A DNA stretch of 61,191 nt from Bacillota bacterium (GTDB lineage Bacteria; Bacillota; Sulfobacillia; JACIYH01): assembly GCA_014360055.1 (NCBI GenBank), contig JACIYH010000005.1:1-61191 (forward strand), in the 5' to 3' direction. Shown here one piece after another: positions 1 through 9,779 of this stretch. The notes under the pieces are model-generated. The model was not told the origin of the DNA, searched no databases, and worked only from the letters and a program-made list of their open reading frames with translations. The translations under genes were made by a program, and so were the position numbers. Every line of letters begins with the position of its first letter. The first letter of the stretch is position 1.

Positions 1-327
1 GCGCTCCATGCGGCAGGCGTCCGCGTCCTGCGGGAGAGCCCGGTGCTGGGGCGCCCGCGGGGTTTCTTCTGTGCGGTGGGCAACTGTTCGTCCTGCCTGA
101 TGGTGGTGGACGGGGTGCCCAACGTGCGGGTGTGCGTGGAGAAGCTGCGGGAGGGCATGCGCGTCGAGCGGCAGGTGGGCAAGGGCGACCTGCTCGGGAT
201 TGGGGCCGCAAAGACGGGCCGGCCCGCCGTCGGCGGGGCGATCCCGGGACCGCAGGGGTGCCGCCCGGATGGGTATGCGGGCGGCGCGGGGCCCGCGGAG
301 GTCGGAGGGGGTGGCGGCAGTGCTTAA
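1..327 (+). CDS. (2Fe-2S)-binding subunit of sarcosine oxidase/proline dehydrogenase/HcnA-like complex (5' truncated by window edge)
   Basis: Frame 1 is open from base 1: ALHAAGVRVLRESPVLGRPRGFFCAVGNCSSCLMVVDGVPNVRVC, a typical Fer2_4 C-x4-C-x2-C...C motif. Confidence 0.85.
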   Translation, partial: ALHAAGVRVLRESPVLGRPRGFFCAVGNCSSCLMVVDGVPNVRVCVEKLREGMRVERQVGKGDLLGIGAAKTGRPAVGGAIPGPQGCRPDGYAGGAGPAEVGGGGGSA

Positions 328-1429
328 CCCCCAGGTGATGGTGGTGGGTGCCGGGCCGGCGGGGATGTCGGCGGCCCTGGCGGCGGCCGACTGTGGGGTG
401 AAGGTGCTGCTGGTGGACTTCTTCTCCCAGCCGGGCGGCCAGCTGGTGAAGCAGACCCACAAGTTTTTCGGTTCGCGGGGGCAGTATGCGGGGGTGCGGG
501 GGATCGAGATCGCCCGCATCCTGGGTGAGAAGGTGCGTTCCCATCCCCACATTGAGATGCTGCTTGATACCCAGGTGCTGGGGTACTACCCTGACGGGGT
601 GCTCACCATGGAGCGCAGCGTCGATGGCGATTCCGAGTATCTGAAGGCCCGCCCCCGCCGCCTGGTGGTGTGTGCGGGGGCGTCGGAGAAGCCGCTGGCC
701 TTCCCCGGCAACGACCTGCCGGGCGTCTACGGGGCGGGGGCGGTGCAGACGCTGATGAACGTGCACGGGGTGATGCCCGGGCGTCGGGCCGTCATGGTGG
801 GGGCGGGGAACATCGGGCTCATCATCTCCTACCAGTTGCGGCAGGCGGGAGTGGAGGTGGCCGCGGTAGTGGAAGCGGCTCCGGTTATCGGAGGTTATGC
901 CGTTCACGCCTCCAAGATCCGGCGGCTGGGTATCCCCATCCTGACTTCGCACTCGGTGAAGGAGGCCCATGGTGAGCGGGAGCTGGAGGCCGTGACGGTG
1001 TGGCGGGTGGACGAAAGGTGGCAGGGGATTCCCGGTACGGAGCGCCGCTTCGAGGCCGACGTCCTCTGCCTGGCGGTGGGCCTCTCGCCCCTGGCGGAAC
1101 TCCTGTGGCAGGCGGGCTGCCGCATGGCCTACGTACCCGAGTTGGGAGGTCACGTCCCCTGGCACGACGAGCACCAGCAGACCTCGGTGCCGGGTATATT
1201 CGTGGCTGGTGATGCCGCAGGGGTGGAGGAGGCCTCCTCGGCCATGGTGGCGGGGCGCATCGCCGGGCTGGCGGCGGCGGCTTCCCTGGGCGCCTGTCCC
1301 CGCTACCGGGAACTGGCCGGCGAAGCCCGAGCCCAGCTTGAGGCCCTGCGGGCGGGTCCTCCCGGTGAGAAGATCCGCAGGGGCCTGACCCGCCTGGAGG
1401 AGGTGGGGCGCCGTGTTCGGGCCGGATGA
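320..1429 (+). CDS. FAD/NAD(P)-dependent oxidoreductase, alpha subunit (HcnB/OoxA/PdhA-like)
   Basis: Motifs VVGAGPAGMSAA, GGQLVKQTHKFFG, FPGNDLPGV, GAGNIG and FVAGDAAGVEEASSAM; GTG at 320 follows GGAGGGG. Confidence 0.85.
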   Translation: MLNPQVMVVGAGPAGMSAALAAADCGVKVLLVDFFSQPGGQLVKQTHKFFGSRGQYAGVRGIEIARILGEKVRSHPHIEMLLDTQVLGYYPDGVLTMERSVDGDSEYLKARPRRLVVCAGASEKPLAFPGNDLPGVYGAGAVQTLMNVHGVMPGRRAVMVGAGNIGLIISYQLRQAGVEVAAVVEAAPVIGGYAVHASKIRRLGIPILTSHSVKEAHGERELEAVTVWRVDERWQGIPGTERRFEADVLCLAVGLSPLAELLWQAGCRMAYVPELGGHVPWHDEHQQTSVPGIFVAGDAAGVEEASSAMVAGRIAGLAAAASLGACPRYRELAGEARAQLEALRAGPPGEKIRRGLTRLEEVGRRVRAG

Positions 1430-2015
1430 TGCATCCGCGGCGGGGGTTGCGGCGGCAGGACGGGGTGATACCGTGGCGGGGACGGTGGCGCCGGCGGGCG
1501 CAGCTTCCGGGCAGTTGAGGAGGACGGGATTACCTGCTGTGGAGGACCTGGCGCGGGTGATACCTCCCCAGGAGGTGAGGCGCCGGGGTCCGGTGGCCGT
1601 CTTTGAGTGCTTTGAGCGTATCCCCTGCGACCCGTGCTACTGGTCGTGCAAGCGCGGGGCGGTGAAACCCTTCGGGGACATCAACGACCTGCCCGAAGTG
1701 GACTGGGAGCGGTGCAACGGCTGCGGGCTGTGCGTGGCCGCCTGCCCGGGTCTGGCCATATTCGTGGTGCACGAGGGCTACACGGACACCACTTCCCTCA
1801 TCAAGCTCCCGTACGAGTTCCTGCCCTTGCCAGAGGTGGGGCAGGTGGTGGGGGCGCTTGACCGGGAGGGGACCCGGGTGGGGGAGGCGCGCGTGGTGCG
1901 CGTACAGAAGCCGCGGGAGAAGGTGGGCACCCCGGTGGTGTGGATTGAGGTGGAGCGAGACCTGGCCCACGTAGTTCGGAACATTGCCGTGGCCGGGGGT
2001 GAACGCGGTGAGTGA
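1413..2015 (+). CDS. 4Fe-4S dicluster ferredoxin subunit
   Basis: ECFERIPCDPCYWSC and CNGCGLCVAACPG, followed by a conserved LPYEFLPLP domain; the exact start is uncertain. Confidence 0.85.
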   Translation: MFGPDDASAAGVAAAGRGDTVAGTVAPAGAASGQLRRTGLPAVEDLARVIPPQEVRRRGPVAVFECFERIPCDPCYWSCKRGAVKPFGDINDLPEVDWERCNGCGLCVAACPGLAIFVVHEGYTDTTSLIKLPYEFLPLPEVGQVVGALDREGTRVGEARVVRVQKPREKVGTPVVWIEVERDLAHVVRNIAVAGGERGE

Positions 2016-2409
2016 GGCTCAGGAGCGGGAGAAGATCTGTCAGCAGGCGGGCGCCGACCAGGATCGGACGGTGATCTGCCGCTGCGAGGACGTGACCCTG
2101 GGGGAGATCCGCCGTCTGATCGGCGAGGGCGTACACACTCTGGATGAGATCAAACGGCTGACGCGGGCGGGGATGGGTCTCTGCCAGGGCCGTACCTGCC
2201 GGCACCTCATCCTGCAGGAGGTATCGCGCCTGACCGGAGTCCCGGTGGAGGAGCTGACTCTGCCCACCTTCCGTCCTCCCACCCGTCCCGTCAAGCTGGG
2301 CGTTATCGCCCGTGCCGCCGCAGGGGCACGGCAGGATGCCGGCGCGGGCGTGCCCCACCCTGCCGCCGGGCGGGAGGCACTTCCGGTTGGGGGCGAGAGC
2401 CGTGGCTAG
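2008..2409 (+). CDS. BFD-like (2Fe-2S) small subunit
   Basis: VICRCEDVT...KRLTRAGMGLCQGRTC...RPPTRPV. Confidence 0.85.
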   Translation: MSEAQEREKICQQAGADQDRTVICRCEDVTLGEIRRLIGEGVHTLDEIKRLTRAGMGLCQGRTCRHLILQEVSRLTGVPVEELTLPTFRPPTRPVKLGVIARAAAGARQDAGAGVPHPAAGREALPVGGESRG

Positions 2410-3547
2410 GACGGCCGACGCGGTGGTGGTGGGCGGCGGCATCCAGGGGGTGGCGGTGGCCTACCAGTTGGCGACCCGGGGTCTCCGGCCCCTTCTGGTG
2501 GAGCAGGGGTACCTGGCCTCGGGCTCTACGGGCCGGTGTGCGGCGGGTGTGAGGCAGCAGTGGGGCACGGAGATGAACGTGCTCCTGGCGCGGGCGAGCA
2601 TCAAGATGTTCGAGCGGATGGAGGAGGAACTGGACTACCCCCGCGGGATTGAGTTCAAGCAGCGCGGGTACCTCATCCTGGCGTACCACGAGAGGCAGTG
2701 GGAGCAGTTCCTGCGCAACGTGGCCCTGCAGCGCTCCCTGGGGGTGCCGGTGGAGGTGCTGAGTCCGGAGGGGGCGCGGGAGATCGTGCCCTACCTCAAC
2801 GTGGAAGGGGTGGTGGGCGCCACCTTCTGTCCCGAGGACGGGCACATCAACCCCTTCCGGGCGGTGGAGGCCTACGCGCAGGCGGCAGTGCGGCTGGGTG
2901 CGGAGATCTGGACCTTCACCCGGGTGACGGGCATTGTGGTGGAAGGTGGCCGGGTGGTGGCGGTACACACCACCCGGGGTGACATTTCCACCCCGGTGGT
3001 GGTGAACACGGCGGGTCCGTGGTCGGATCAGGTGGCGCGCATGGCGGGTCTGGAGATCCCCACCTACGCGCAGCGGCATCAGATCCTGGTGACGGAGCCG
3101 GTGGGACCCGTGCAGGGGCCCATGGTGATTTCCTTCTTCCACGGCCTGTACTGCCAGCAGACACCGCACGGGAGCTTCATCATGGGGCTGGGTGATCCCC
3201 ACGAGCCCCGCAACCTGGACTGCGGGGCCACCTGGCGCTTTCTGGAGGAAATGGCGGCTGTCGTCACGAAGATGTTGCCACCGCTGGCCGAGTTACGGGT
3301 AGTGCGGCAGTGGGCGGGGTCTTACGACATGACGCCGGATGCCCAGCCTATCCTGGGGCCGGCGCCTGAGGTGGAGGGCTACTACTACTCGGTGGGGTTC
3401 TCGGGCCACGGTTTCATGCTGGCCCCCATGACGGGGAAGCTGCTGGCCCAACTCATCACGGGGGAGGAGCCTGACCTCCCCGTGGACCGGCTGGGGCCAA
3501 CCCGGTTCGCCCGGGGTGAGTTGATACTGGAGCCCTCTGTGGTGTGA
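2402..3547 (+). CDS. FAD-dependent DAO-family oxidoreductase (sarcosine oxidase beta/proline dehydrogenase beta-like), copy 1
   Basis: VVGGGIQG, GSTGRCAAGVRQQW, RQWAGSYDMTPD, GFSGHGFMLAP. Confidence 0.9.
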   Translation: MARTADAVVVGGGIQGVAVAYQLATRGLRPLLVEQGYLASGSTGRCAAGVRQQWGTEMNVLLARASIKMFERMEEELDYPRGIEFKQRGYLILAYHERQWEQFLRNVALQRSLGVPVEVLSPEGAREIVPYLNVEGVVGATFCPEDGHINPFRAVEAYAQAAVRLGAEIWTFTRVTGIVVEGGRVVAVHTTRGDISTPVVVNTAGPWSDQVARMAGLEIPTYAQRHQILVTEPVGPVQGPMVISFFHGLYCQQTPHGSFIMGLGDPHEPRNLDCGATWRFLEEMAAVVTKMLPPLAELRVVRQWAGSYDMTPDAQPILGPAPEVEGYYYSVGFSGHGFMLAPMTGKLLAQLITGEEPDLPVDRLGPTRFARGELILEPSVV

Positions 3548-3650
3548 GCTTTCCCCCGGGCGGCCCGGGAGGGGCCACCGGGGGCTGCGGCGGAGCGTCC
3601 CTGCGCTGACGAAGGCACAACGCCAGCAAGGAGCGCGGCGAGCGCGAGGT

Positions 3651-4814
3651 GTGAGCGTGGCGGAGCAGGTCGCACGCACGGCCGACGTGGTGATCGTGGG
3701 AGGCGGGGTGCACGGTTGTGCCGTCGCCTATCACCTCTGCCGCCTGGGCGGCCTGAGGGTTTCCCTGTTCGAGCGAGGCTATCTGGCGGGCGGTGCCACC
3801 GGGCGGTCCGCCGCCGGCGTGCGCCACCAGTTCGGTACCGAGATCAATTGTCGCCTGGCCATCTGGAACATCCGCCTGCTGGAGGGCCTGGCGGAAGAGC
3901 TGGAATACCCGCACGACCTGGAATTCACCCAGGGCGGATACCTGTTGCTGGCGTACACGCCAGGTCAACTGGAGCAGTTTAAGCGCAACGTGGCCCTTCA
4001 GCGCAGCCTGGGTATCCCGTCGGAGATCCTCACACCGGAAGAGGTGGCCCGCGTGGCGCCTGCCCTTAACCTGGACGGGGTGCTGGGCGCCAGCTTCTGC
4101 CCGAGGGATGGCCACGTCAACCCCTTCCACCTCACCTGGGCATACGCCCGCGCCGCGCAACGGCTGGGTGCTGAGATCCATTGCTTTTGCCCCGTTCACG
4201 CCATTGTCTCGGATGGATCGCGGGTGCGGGGGGTCTACACGGCGTCCGGACGGGTGGAGGCGCCGGTGGTGGTGATCTGTGCGGGAGCGGAAGGTGCCGA
4301 ACTGGCGCGGGCGGCTGGTGTGGACGTACCCGTGTACGGCGAGCGTCACCAGATCCTGGTCACCGAGCCGGTGGCCCACTTCCTAGACCCCATGGTGCTC
4401 TGCTTCGAGGACGGTAGCTACTTCAAGCAGACACCCCACGGCAGCCTGCTCATGGGGATCGGGAGCCCCTTCGAGCCCAAGGGCTACGGGCAGGGATCGA
4501 GCTGGTACTTCCTGGAGGAGATGGCCACCCGCATCGTGCGTCACCTGCCCGCCCTGGCGGGGGTGCGCGTGGTGCGCCAGTGGGCGGGACTGTACGACAT
4601 CACCCCGGACTCCCAGGCCATCGTGGGGCTCGCCCCTCTGGAGGGCTTGTGGCTGGACCTGGGCTGGAGCGGGCACGGGTTGCAGTTTGCGCCCAGCATT
4701 GGCCTCATCCTCGCCCAGCTTATCCTGGACCAGAGCCCTCTGGTGGACGTGAGTCCTTTTCGCCCGGGGCGTTTTGCCGCAGGAGAACTGATCCCTGAGC
4801 CGGCCTGCGTGTAG
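3651..4814 (+). CDS. FAD-dependent DAO-family oxidoreductase, copy 2 (paralog)
   Basis: IVGGGVHG, GATGRSAAGVRHQF, RQWAGLYDITPD, GWSGHGLQFAP. Confidence 0.9.
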   Translation: MSVAEQVARTADVVIVGGGVHGCAVAYHLCRLGGLRVSLFERGYLAGGATGRSAAGVRHQFGTEINCRLAIWNIRLLEGLAEELEYPHDLEFTQGGYLLLAYTPGQLEQFKRNVALQRSLGIPSEILTPEEVARVAPALNLDGVLGASFCPRDGHVNPFHLTWAYARAAQRLGAEIHCFCPVHAIVSDGSRVRGVYTASGRVEAPVVVICAGAEGAELARAAGVDVPVYGERHQILVTEPVAHFLDPMVLCFEDGSYFKQTPHGSLLMGIGSPFEPKGYGQGSSWYFLEEMATRIVRHLPALAGVRVVRQWAGLYDITPDSQAIVGLAPLEGLWLDLGWSGHGLQFAPSIGLILAQLILDQSPLVDVSPFRPGRFAAGELIPEPACV

Positions 4815-5018
4815 GCCCCGGCAAAGGCCGGCAAGGGAGGCAGGTAGCGGTTAGTACAAGTTGGCGGCAGCGGTTCCCATGCGAGCCGCTTGCGGCGCGA
4901 AGGGGGTGAGAAGGAAGCTCCACGGTGCCCGGGAGAGGGTCCGGGTGCCCGGGAGACAGGAAGGGCGCAAGGGGAATGAGGCCGGAGGTAAGCGTGAAGA
5001 CCGAAGGAGGGGAGCACA

Positions 5019-6173
5019 GTGAAGAAGGTACTCGCTGTCGCGGTGATCCTGGTCCTCGCCATTTCTCTCGGTGCCTGTGCCCAGAAACCCCAGGTTAAGG
5101 AAAAGCCCCCCATCAAGATCGGAGTGCAGGTCCCCCTCACCGGCGACTGGGCGTACGAGGGCCAGGGGATGCTCAACGGGATAAACATGCTGGCCGAGCA
5201 GATCAACAACGCCGGTGGTCTGCTCGACGGGCGTAAGATCGAGGTCATCCCCGCCGATGACAAGAGCGACGCCAAGGAGGCGGCCCTGGCCGCCCAGAAG
5301 CTCATCAACAGCGGGGTCATTGCGGTGGTGGGCAGCTATGCGTCCACCCTCACCGAAGCGTCTCAGGGGCTGTACAACGACAAGGGCATCGTGCAGATCA
5401 CCCCGTCTTCCACGGCCACCAAACTTTCCGAGCACGGGTACAAGCGCTTCTTCCGCACCTGCTTCCTGGACGACCGCCAGGGACTCTTCGCCGCCAAATT
5501 CATCGTAGAGACGCTCGGGTGCAAGAAGGTGGGCGTGGTCCACGACAACACCACCTACGCCAAGGGACTGGCCGAGTGGACCAAGAAGTACCTGGAGGAC
5601 GCCGGGGCCACGGTGGTGTTCTTCGACGCCCTTACCCCCAAGGAGAAGGATTACAGCGCCATACTCACCCGTCTGAAGAAGGCAGAGCCCGAGGCGTGGT
5701 ACTACACCGGTTACTTCCCCGAGGCGGCGCTCCTGGTGCGCCAGGCCGCCGACGTGGGGCTGAAGGCCCGGTTCGTAGCGGGTAACGCGGTGAACAACCC
5801 CGAGTTCGTGAAGCTCGCGGGCGTGGAGTACGCCAAGGGCACCATCGTCACCACGGAACCCTTGCCTACGGATCTGGAGTATCCAGAGGCGAAGAAGTTC
5901 CTGCAAGATTACAAGACCAAGTACGGCGAGTACCCCGGCAGCATCTGGCACCTCATGGCCGCGGACGCTTTCCGGCTGATCGTGGAGGCGATCAGGCAGA
6001 CCAACTCCGATGACCCGGGCAAGATAGCGGAGTACCTGCACACCCAGCTGAAGGACTTCCCCGGCATCACCGGACCCATCCTGGGGTTCGATGAGCGGGG
6101 TGACCGCAAGGGCACCATCCACAAGGCCTACGTGGTGAACGAAAAGGGCGAGTTCGTCCCGTACGGTAAGTAA
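5019..6173 (+). CDS. livK: Branched-chain/amino acid ABC transporter substrate-binding lipoprotein
   Basis: Lipobox LGAC; IKIGVQVPLTG, INNAGGLLDGRKIE, DDKSD; strong RBS AAGGAGG. Confidence 0.9.
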   Translation: MKKVLAVAVILVLAISLGACAQKPQVKEKPPIKIGVQVPLTGDWAYEGQGMLNGINMLAEQINNAGGLLDGRKIEVIPADDKSDAKEAALAAQKLINSGVIAVVGSYASTLTEASQGLYNDKGIVQITPSSTATKLSEHGYKRFFRTCFLDDRQGLFAAKFIVETLGCKKVGVVHDNTTYAKGLAEWTKKYLEDAGATVVFFDALTPKEKDYSAILTRLKKAEPEAWYYTGYFPEAALLVRQAADVGLKARFVAGNAVNNPEFVKLAGVEYAKGTIVTTEPLPTDLEYPEAKKFLQDYKTKYGEYPGSIWHLMAADAFRLIVEAIRQTNSDDPGKIAEYLHTQLKDFPGITGPILGFDERGDRKGTIHKAYVVNEKGEFVPYGK

Positions 6174-6178
6174 GTCCG

Positions 6179-6227
6179 GGGGCAGGGGGCGGGTTGCCCC
6201 GTCCCCTGCCCCGCTGCGGGGCAGGGG
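6179..6227 (+). repeat. Three-arm GC-rich inverted repeat (alternative hairpins) between livK and livH
   Basis: GGGGCAGGGG (6179-6188), CCCCTGCCCC (6203-6212), GGGGCAGGGG (6218-6227). Confidence 0.7.
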
Positions 6228-6232
6228 GAAGC

Positions 6233-7138
6233 ATGGAAGAGTTTGTGCAGCAGTTGCTCAACGGCCTCACCGTGGGTTCCGGGTATGCCCTGGTGGCGCT
6301 GGGTTACACCATGGTGTACGGCGTGCTCAAGCTGATCAACTTCGCCCATGGCGACCTTTTCATGCTGGGGACCTACCTGGCCGTGAGTATGGCGGTGAGT
6401 TGCCTCGGGGCCGGGCTGGCCAGCCCCTGGGTAGTGCTCCCCATCATTTTCCTGACCTCTATGGGACTGGTCGGTGTGGCGGGGGTACTCATCGAGCGCA
6501 CGGCGTACCGCCCCCTGCGGGGCGCCGGGCACCTGGCCCCGGTGGTGTCGGCCCTGGGGGCGGCGGTGGTGATCCAGAACGCGGTGATGCTCGCATACGG
6601 GGCCAACTACCAGGTCTTCCCCGAGGGCCTGGTGCCGGAGGCGCGCTGGATCGTGGCGGGCATGAACATACCCGTCCTGCGGGTGGCCATGCTGGTGCTT
6701 TCCCTCATCCTCATGGCCATTCTCTATCTCTTCATCCAGCGCACCACGGTGGGGGCGGCCATCAGGGCCACCTCTTTGGACCACGACACCGCTCGTCTCA
6801 TGGGGATAGATATTAACCGCATCATCATGCTGGTCTTCCTGATCGGACCGGCGCTGGGGGCCGCGTCGGGCATCATGATCGGCCTGTACTACCGCCAGGT
6901 GTATTTCACCATGGGGTGGATCTACGGGTTGAAGGCCTTCACGGCGGCCATCCTGGGCGGTATCGGCAACATCCCGGGCGCCATGGTGGGTGGTATGATC
7001 CTGGGGCTGTTCGAAACCCTGGCCGCCGGGTACATCTCTTCGGCCTGGAAGGACGCCTTCGCCTTCGTGTTGCTCATCGCCATCCTGGTGCTGCGGCCCA
7101 CCGGTCTGCTGGGCGAGCGGGTGGTGGAGAAGCTGTGA
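6233..7138 (+). CDS. livH: ABC transporter permease LivH
   Basis: QQLLNGLTVGSGYALVALGYTMVYGVLKLINFAHG; KAFTAAILGGIG. Confidence 0.92.
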   Translation: MEEFVQQLLNGLTVGSGYALVALGYTMVYGVLKLINFAHGDLFMLGTYLAVSMAVSCLGAGLASPWVVLPIIFLTSMGLVGVAGVLIERTAYRPLRGAGHLAPVVSALGAAVVIQNAVMLAYGANYQVFPEGLVPEARWIVAGMNIPVLRVAMLVLSLILMAILYLFIQRTTVGAAIRATSLDHDTARLMGIDINRIIMLVFLIGPALGAASGIMIGLYYRQVYFTMGWIYGLKAFTAAILGGIGNIPGAMVGGMILGLFETLAAGYISSAWKDAFAFVLLIAILVLRPTGLLGERVVEKL

Positions 7139-8136
7139 TGGGAGCAGTACCTTTGCGCAAGTTGCCTCCCGGGTTGTGGCGGGGATTGGCCCTGGCGGCA
7201 GCGGTGGCGTACCCCTGGCTGGTGAACGACTACTGGGTGGACGTCATGAACTTCTGCGGGATATACATGCTGCTCGGCCTCAGCCTGAACATCATCGTGG
7301 GGTACGCGGGACTCTTCAATTTGGGGCATGCCGCCTTCTACGCCGTGGGCGCCTACACCACGGCCATCCTGTCCACCCGCTTCGGCATTCCCTCCCTTTG
7401 GCTCCTGCCCGTGTCCGCCCTGGCGGCGGCCGCCTTCGCCTACGTCATCTCCCGGCCCATCATCCACCTGCGGGGAGATTACCTGTGCGTGGTGACCATC
7501 GGGTTCGGGGAAATCGTACGCATCGCCCTCATCAACAACCCCGGCGGCCTCACCGGGGGGGTGAACGGGATCATCGGGGTGCCCCGCCCGGACCTGGGCC
7601 TCTTCACTGTCCGTTCGGTCGACCAGTACTACTACTTCATCCTGTTCTTCATCGTACTCTTCGTGTGGGGCATGGGCCGCCTGGAGAGGTCCCGCATCGG
7701 GCGGGCGTGGACCTGCATCAGGGAGGACGAAACCGCCGCTGAAGCCATGGGCATCGATACCGCCTCCCTGAAGCTGCTGGCCTTCGTGCTGGGGGCGGCC
7801 GGCGCCGGCCTGGCGGGCAACATCTATGCCACCAAGATGACCCTGGTTGCCCCCGAAGGTTTCAACTTCTGGGAGTCCTGTGTAATGTTCTGCATCGTGG
7901 TGCTGGGCGGGACCGGCTCCATCCCCGGCGTGATAGTTGCGTCCCTCGGCATGGCGGCCCTCCCCGAACTCTTCCGGGAGTTCGCCCGCGCCCGCATGCT
8001 GGTGTTCGGCCTGGCCATGGTGCTCATGATGATATTCCGGCCCCAGGGCCTGTGGCCCAGTGCCCACTGGCGGCGTCAGGTGAAGCGGGAGTCCGGGGTG
8101 ACCCCCATGCCGAGCGCGGGTTCCCCCGCGCAGTGA
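7138..8136 (+). CDS. livM: ABC transporter permease LivM
   Basis: LNIIVGYAGLFNLGHAAFY, LRGDYLCVVTIGFGEI; TGATG overlap with livH. Confidence 0.92.
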   Translation: MGAVPLRKLPPGLWRGLALAAAVAYPWLVNDYWVDVMNFCGIYMLLGLSLNIIVGYAGLFNLGHAAFYAVGAYTTAILSTRFGIPSLWLLPVSALAAAAFAYVISRPIIHLRGDYLCVVTIGFGEIVRIALINNPGGLTGGVNGIIGVPRPDLGLFTVRSVDQYYYFILFFIVLFVWGMGRLERSRIGRAWTCIREDETAAEAMGIDTASLKLLAFVLGAAGAGLAGNIYATKMTLVAPEGFNFWESCVMFCIVVLGGTGSIPGVIVASLGMAALPELFREFARARMLVFGLAMVLMMIFRPQGLWPSAHWRRQVKRESGVTPMPSAGSPAQ

Positions 8137-8171
8137 CCGGCCTCCAGTTGAGGACGGGTGGGTGAGAGCGC

Positions 8172-8942
8172 TTGCTGGAAGTCAACTCGGTTACCAAACG
8201 GTTCGGCGGTTTGGTGGCTGTCAACCGGGTTTCCTTCGAGGTGAGACCGGGGGAGATCCTGGGCATGATCGGGCCCAACGGGGCGGGCAAGACCACCGTC
8301 TTCAACATGATCACGGGGATCTACCGCCCCGACGAGGGGAGCATCAGGCTGGAGGGACGCGATCTGGTGGGGCTGCGTCCCCACGACATCACCGCCCTGG
8401 GCATTGCCCGCACCTTCCAGACCATCAGGCTGTTCCCCAACCTGACCGTCATGGAGAACGTGATGGCGGGGCAGTTCTGCCGCACGCAGGCGGGGGTGTG
8501 GGATGCCCTCGCCCGCACCCGCCGGCACCACCGGGAGGAGCGCGCCATCCTGGAGGAGGCCGAGGCCCGGCTGGAGTTCATGGGGTTGTCCCACCTCGCC
8601 GAGGAACTGGCCCGCAACCTTCCCTACGGGCTGCAGCGGCGCCTGGAGATCGCGCGGGCCCTGGCCACCCGCCCCCGGTTGCTGGTGCTGGACGAGCCGG
8701 CGGGGGGACTGAACGAGCAGGAAACGCGCGAACTGATGGACTCGGTGGTGCAGATCCGGGAGAGCGGGATCACCGTCTTCCTGATCGAGCATGACATGAC
8801 GGTGGTGATGGGCATCTGCGACCGCATCGTGGTGCTGGACAACGGGGAGAAGATTGCGGAAGGCACCCCTCCGGAGGTGCAGGGCGATCCCCGCGTGATT
8901 GAAGCATACCTGGGGAAGGAAGAAGATGGGCTCCATGGTTGA
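8172..8942 (+). CDS. livG: ABC transporter ATP-binding protein LivG
   Basis: GPNGAGKTT, LPYGLQRRLEIARAL, LDEPAGG, VIEAYLG. Confidence 0.93.
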   Translation: MLEVNSVTKRFGGLVAVNRVSFEVRPGEILGMIGPNGAGKTTVFNMITGIYRPDEGSIRLEGRDLVGLRPHDITALGIARTFQTIRLFPNLTVMENVMAGQFCRTQAGVWDALARTRRHHREERAILEEAEARLEFMGLSHLAEELARNLPYGLQRRLEIARALATRPRLLVLDEPAGGLNEQETRELMDSVVQIRESGITVFLIEHDMTVVMGICDRIVVLDNGEKIAEGTPPEVQGDPRVIEAYLGKEEDGLHG

Positions 8943-9657
8943 CGCCATTCTGGAAGTGGAGAACCTCCATGTTTATTACGGCCAGGTGCACGCCCTCAAG
9001 GGGATCAGCTTCACGGTCCGACCGGGTGAAATCGTGACCCTGCTGGGGGCCAACGGGGCGGGAAAGTCCACCACCCTGCGCGCCATCTCCGGGCTGATCC
9101 GGCCCCGGCAGGGTGATATCCGCTGGCAGGGGCGTTCGCTGCGCAACGTTTCCGCCCACGCCATCGTGGCCCGCGGGATTTCCCACGCCCCCGAGGGGCG
9201 GAAGGTGTTCAGCACCCTCACCGTGGAGGAGAACCTCAACCTGGGCGCCTATACCAGGCGGCGCGACAGGGAGGGCGTGGCCCGTAGCAAGGAGCGTGTC
9301 TTCGCCCTCTTCCCCCGCCTGGCCGAGCGGCGCCGCCAGCTGGCGGGGACCCTTTCCGGGGGTGAGCAGCAGATGCTGGCCATCGGGCGCGCCCTCATGT
9401 CCTCGCCCCGCCTCCTTCTCCTGGATGAACCCTCGCTGGGGCTCGCCCCCCTCCTGGTGCGGGCCATCTTCCAGACCATCCGTGAGATCAACGAGCAGGG
9501 AGTTACCATCCTGCTGGTAGAACAGAACGTTAGGGCGGCCCTCCGCCTGGCCCACCGGGCCTACGTCCTGGAGACGGGCAGGCTGGCCCTGGAAGGTACG
9601 GCGGAAGAACTGAGGCAGGACCCCCGGGTTCGCAAGGCCTACCTGGGCGAACGCTAG
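8926..9657 (+). CDS. livF: ABC transporter ATP-binding protein LivF
   Basis: GANGAGKST, LSGGEQQML, LDEPSLGLAP; alternative start at 8935. Confidence 0.93.
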   Translation: MGSMVDAILEVENLHVYYGQVHALKGISFTVRPGEIVTLLGANGAGKSTTLRAISGLIRPRQGDIRWQGRSLRNVSAHAIVARGISHAPEGRKVFSTLTVEENLNLGAYTRRRDREGVARSKERVFALFPRLAERRRQLAGTLSGGEQQMLAIGRALMSSPRLLLLDEPSLGLAPLLVRAIFQTIREINEQGVTILLVEQNVRAALRLAHRAYVLETGRLALEGTAEELRQDPRVRKAYLGER

Positions 9658-9779
9658 CCGCGCGTGGCCGCGCGGGCGCTGCCCGGCCCCCAGGCCTGCC
9701 GCTCCGCGCGTGGCGGCGGGTCCCGTACCAGAAGCTACCCGAGATCGTGCCGGGTGGACCCGGCAGGGAGGTTTCGCGG

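Noticed and set aside
1-3547. Hydrogen cyanide synthase (hcnABC) call
   Set aside because: The folds are shared, but the extra ferredoxin subunit, duplicated beta subunit and transporter/OCD context fit amino or imino acid oxidation better. Substrate specificity cannot be determined from sequence.
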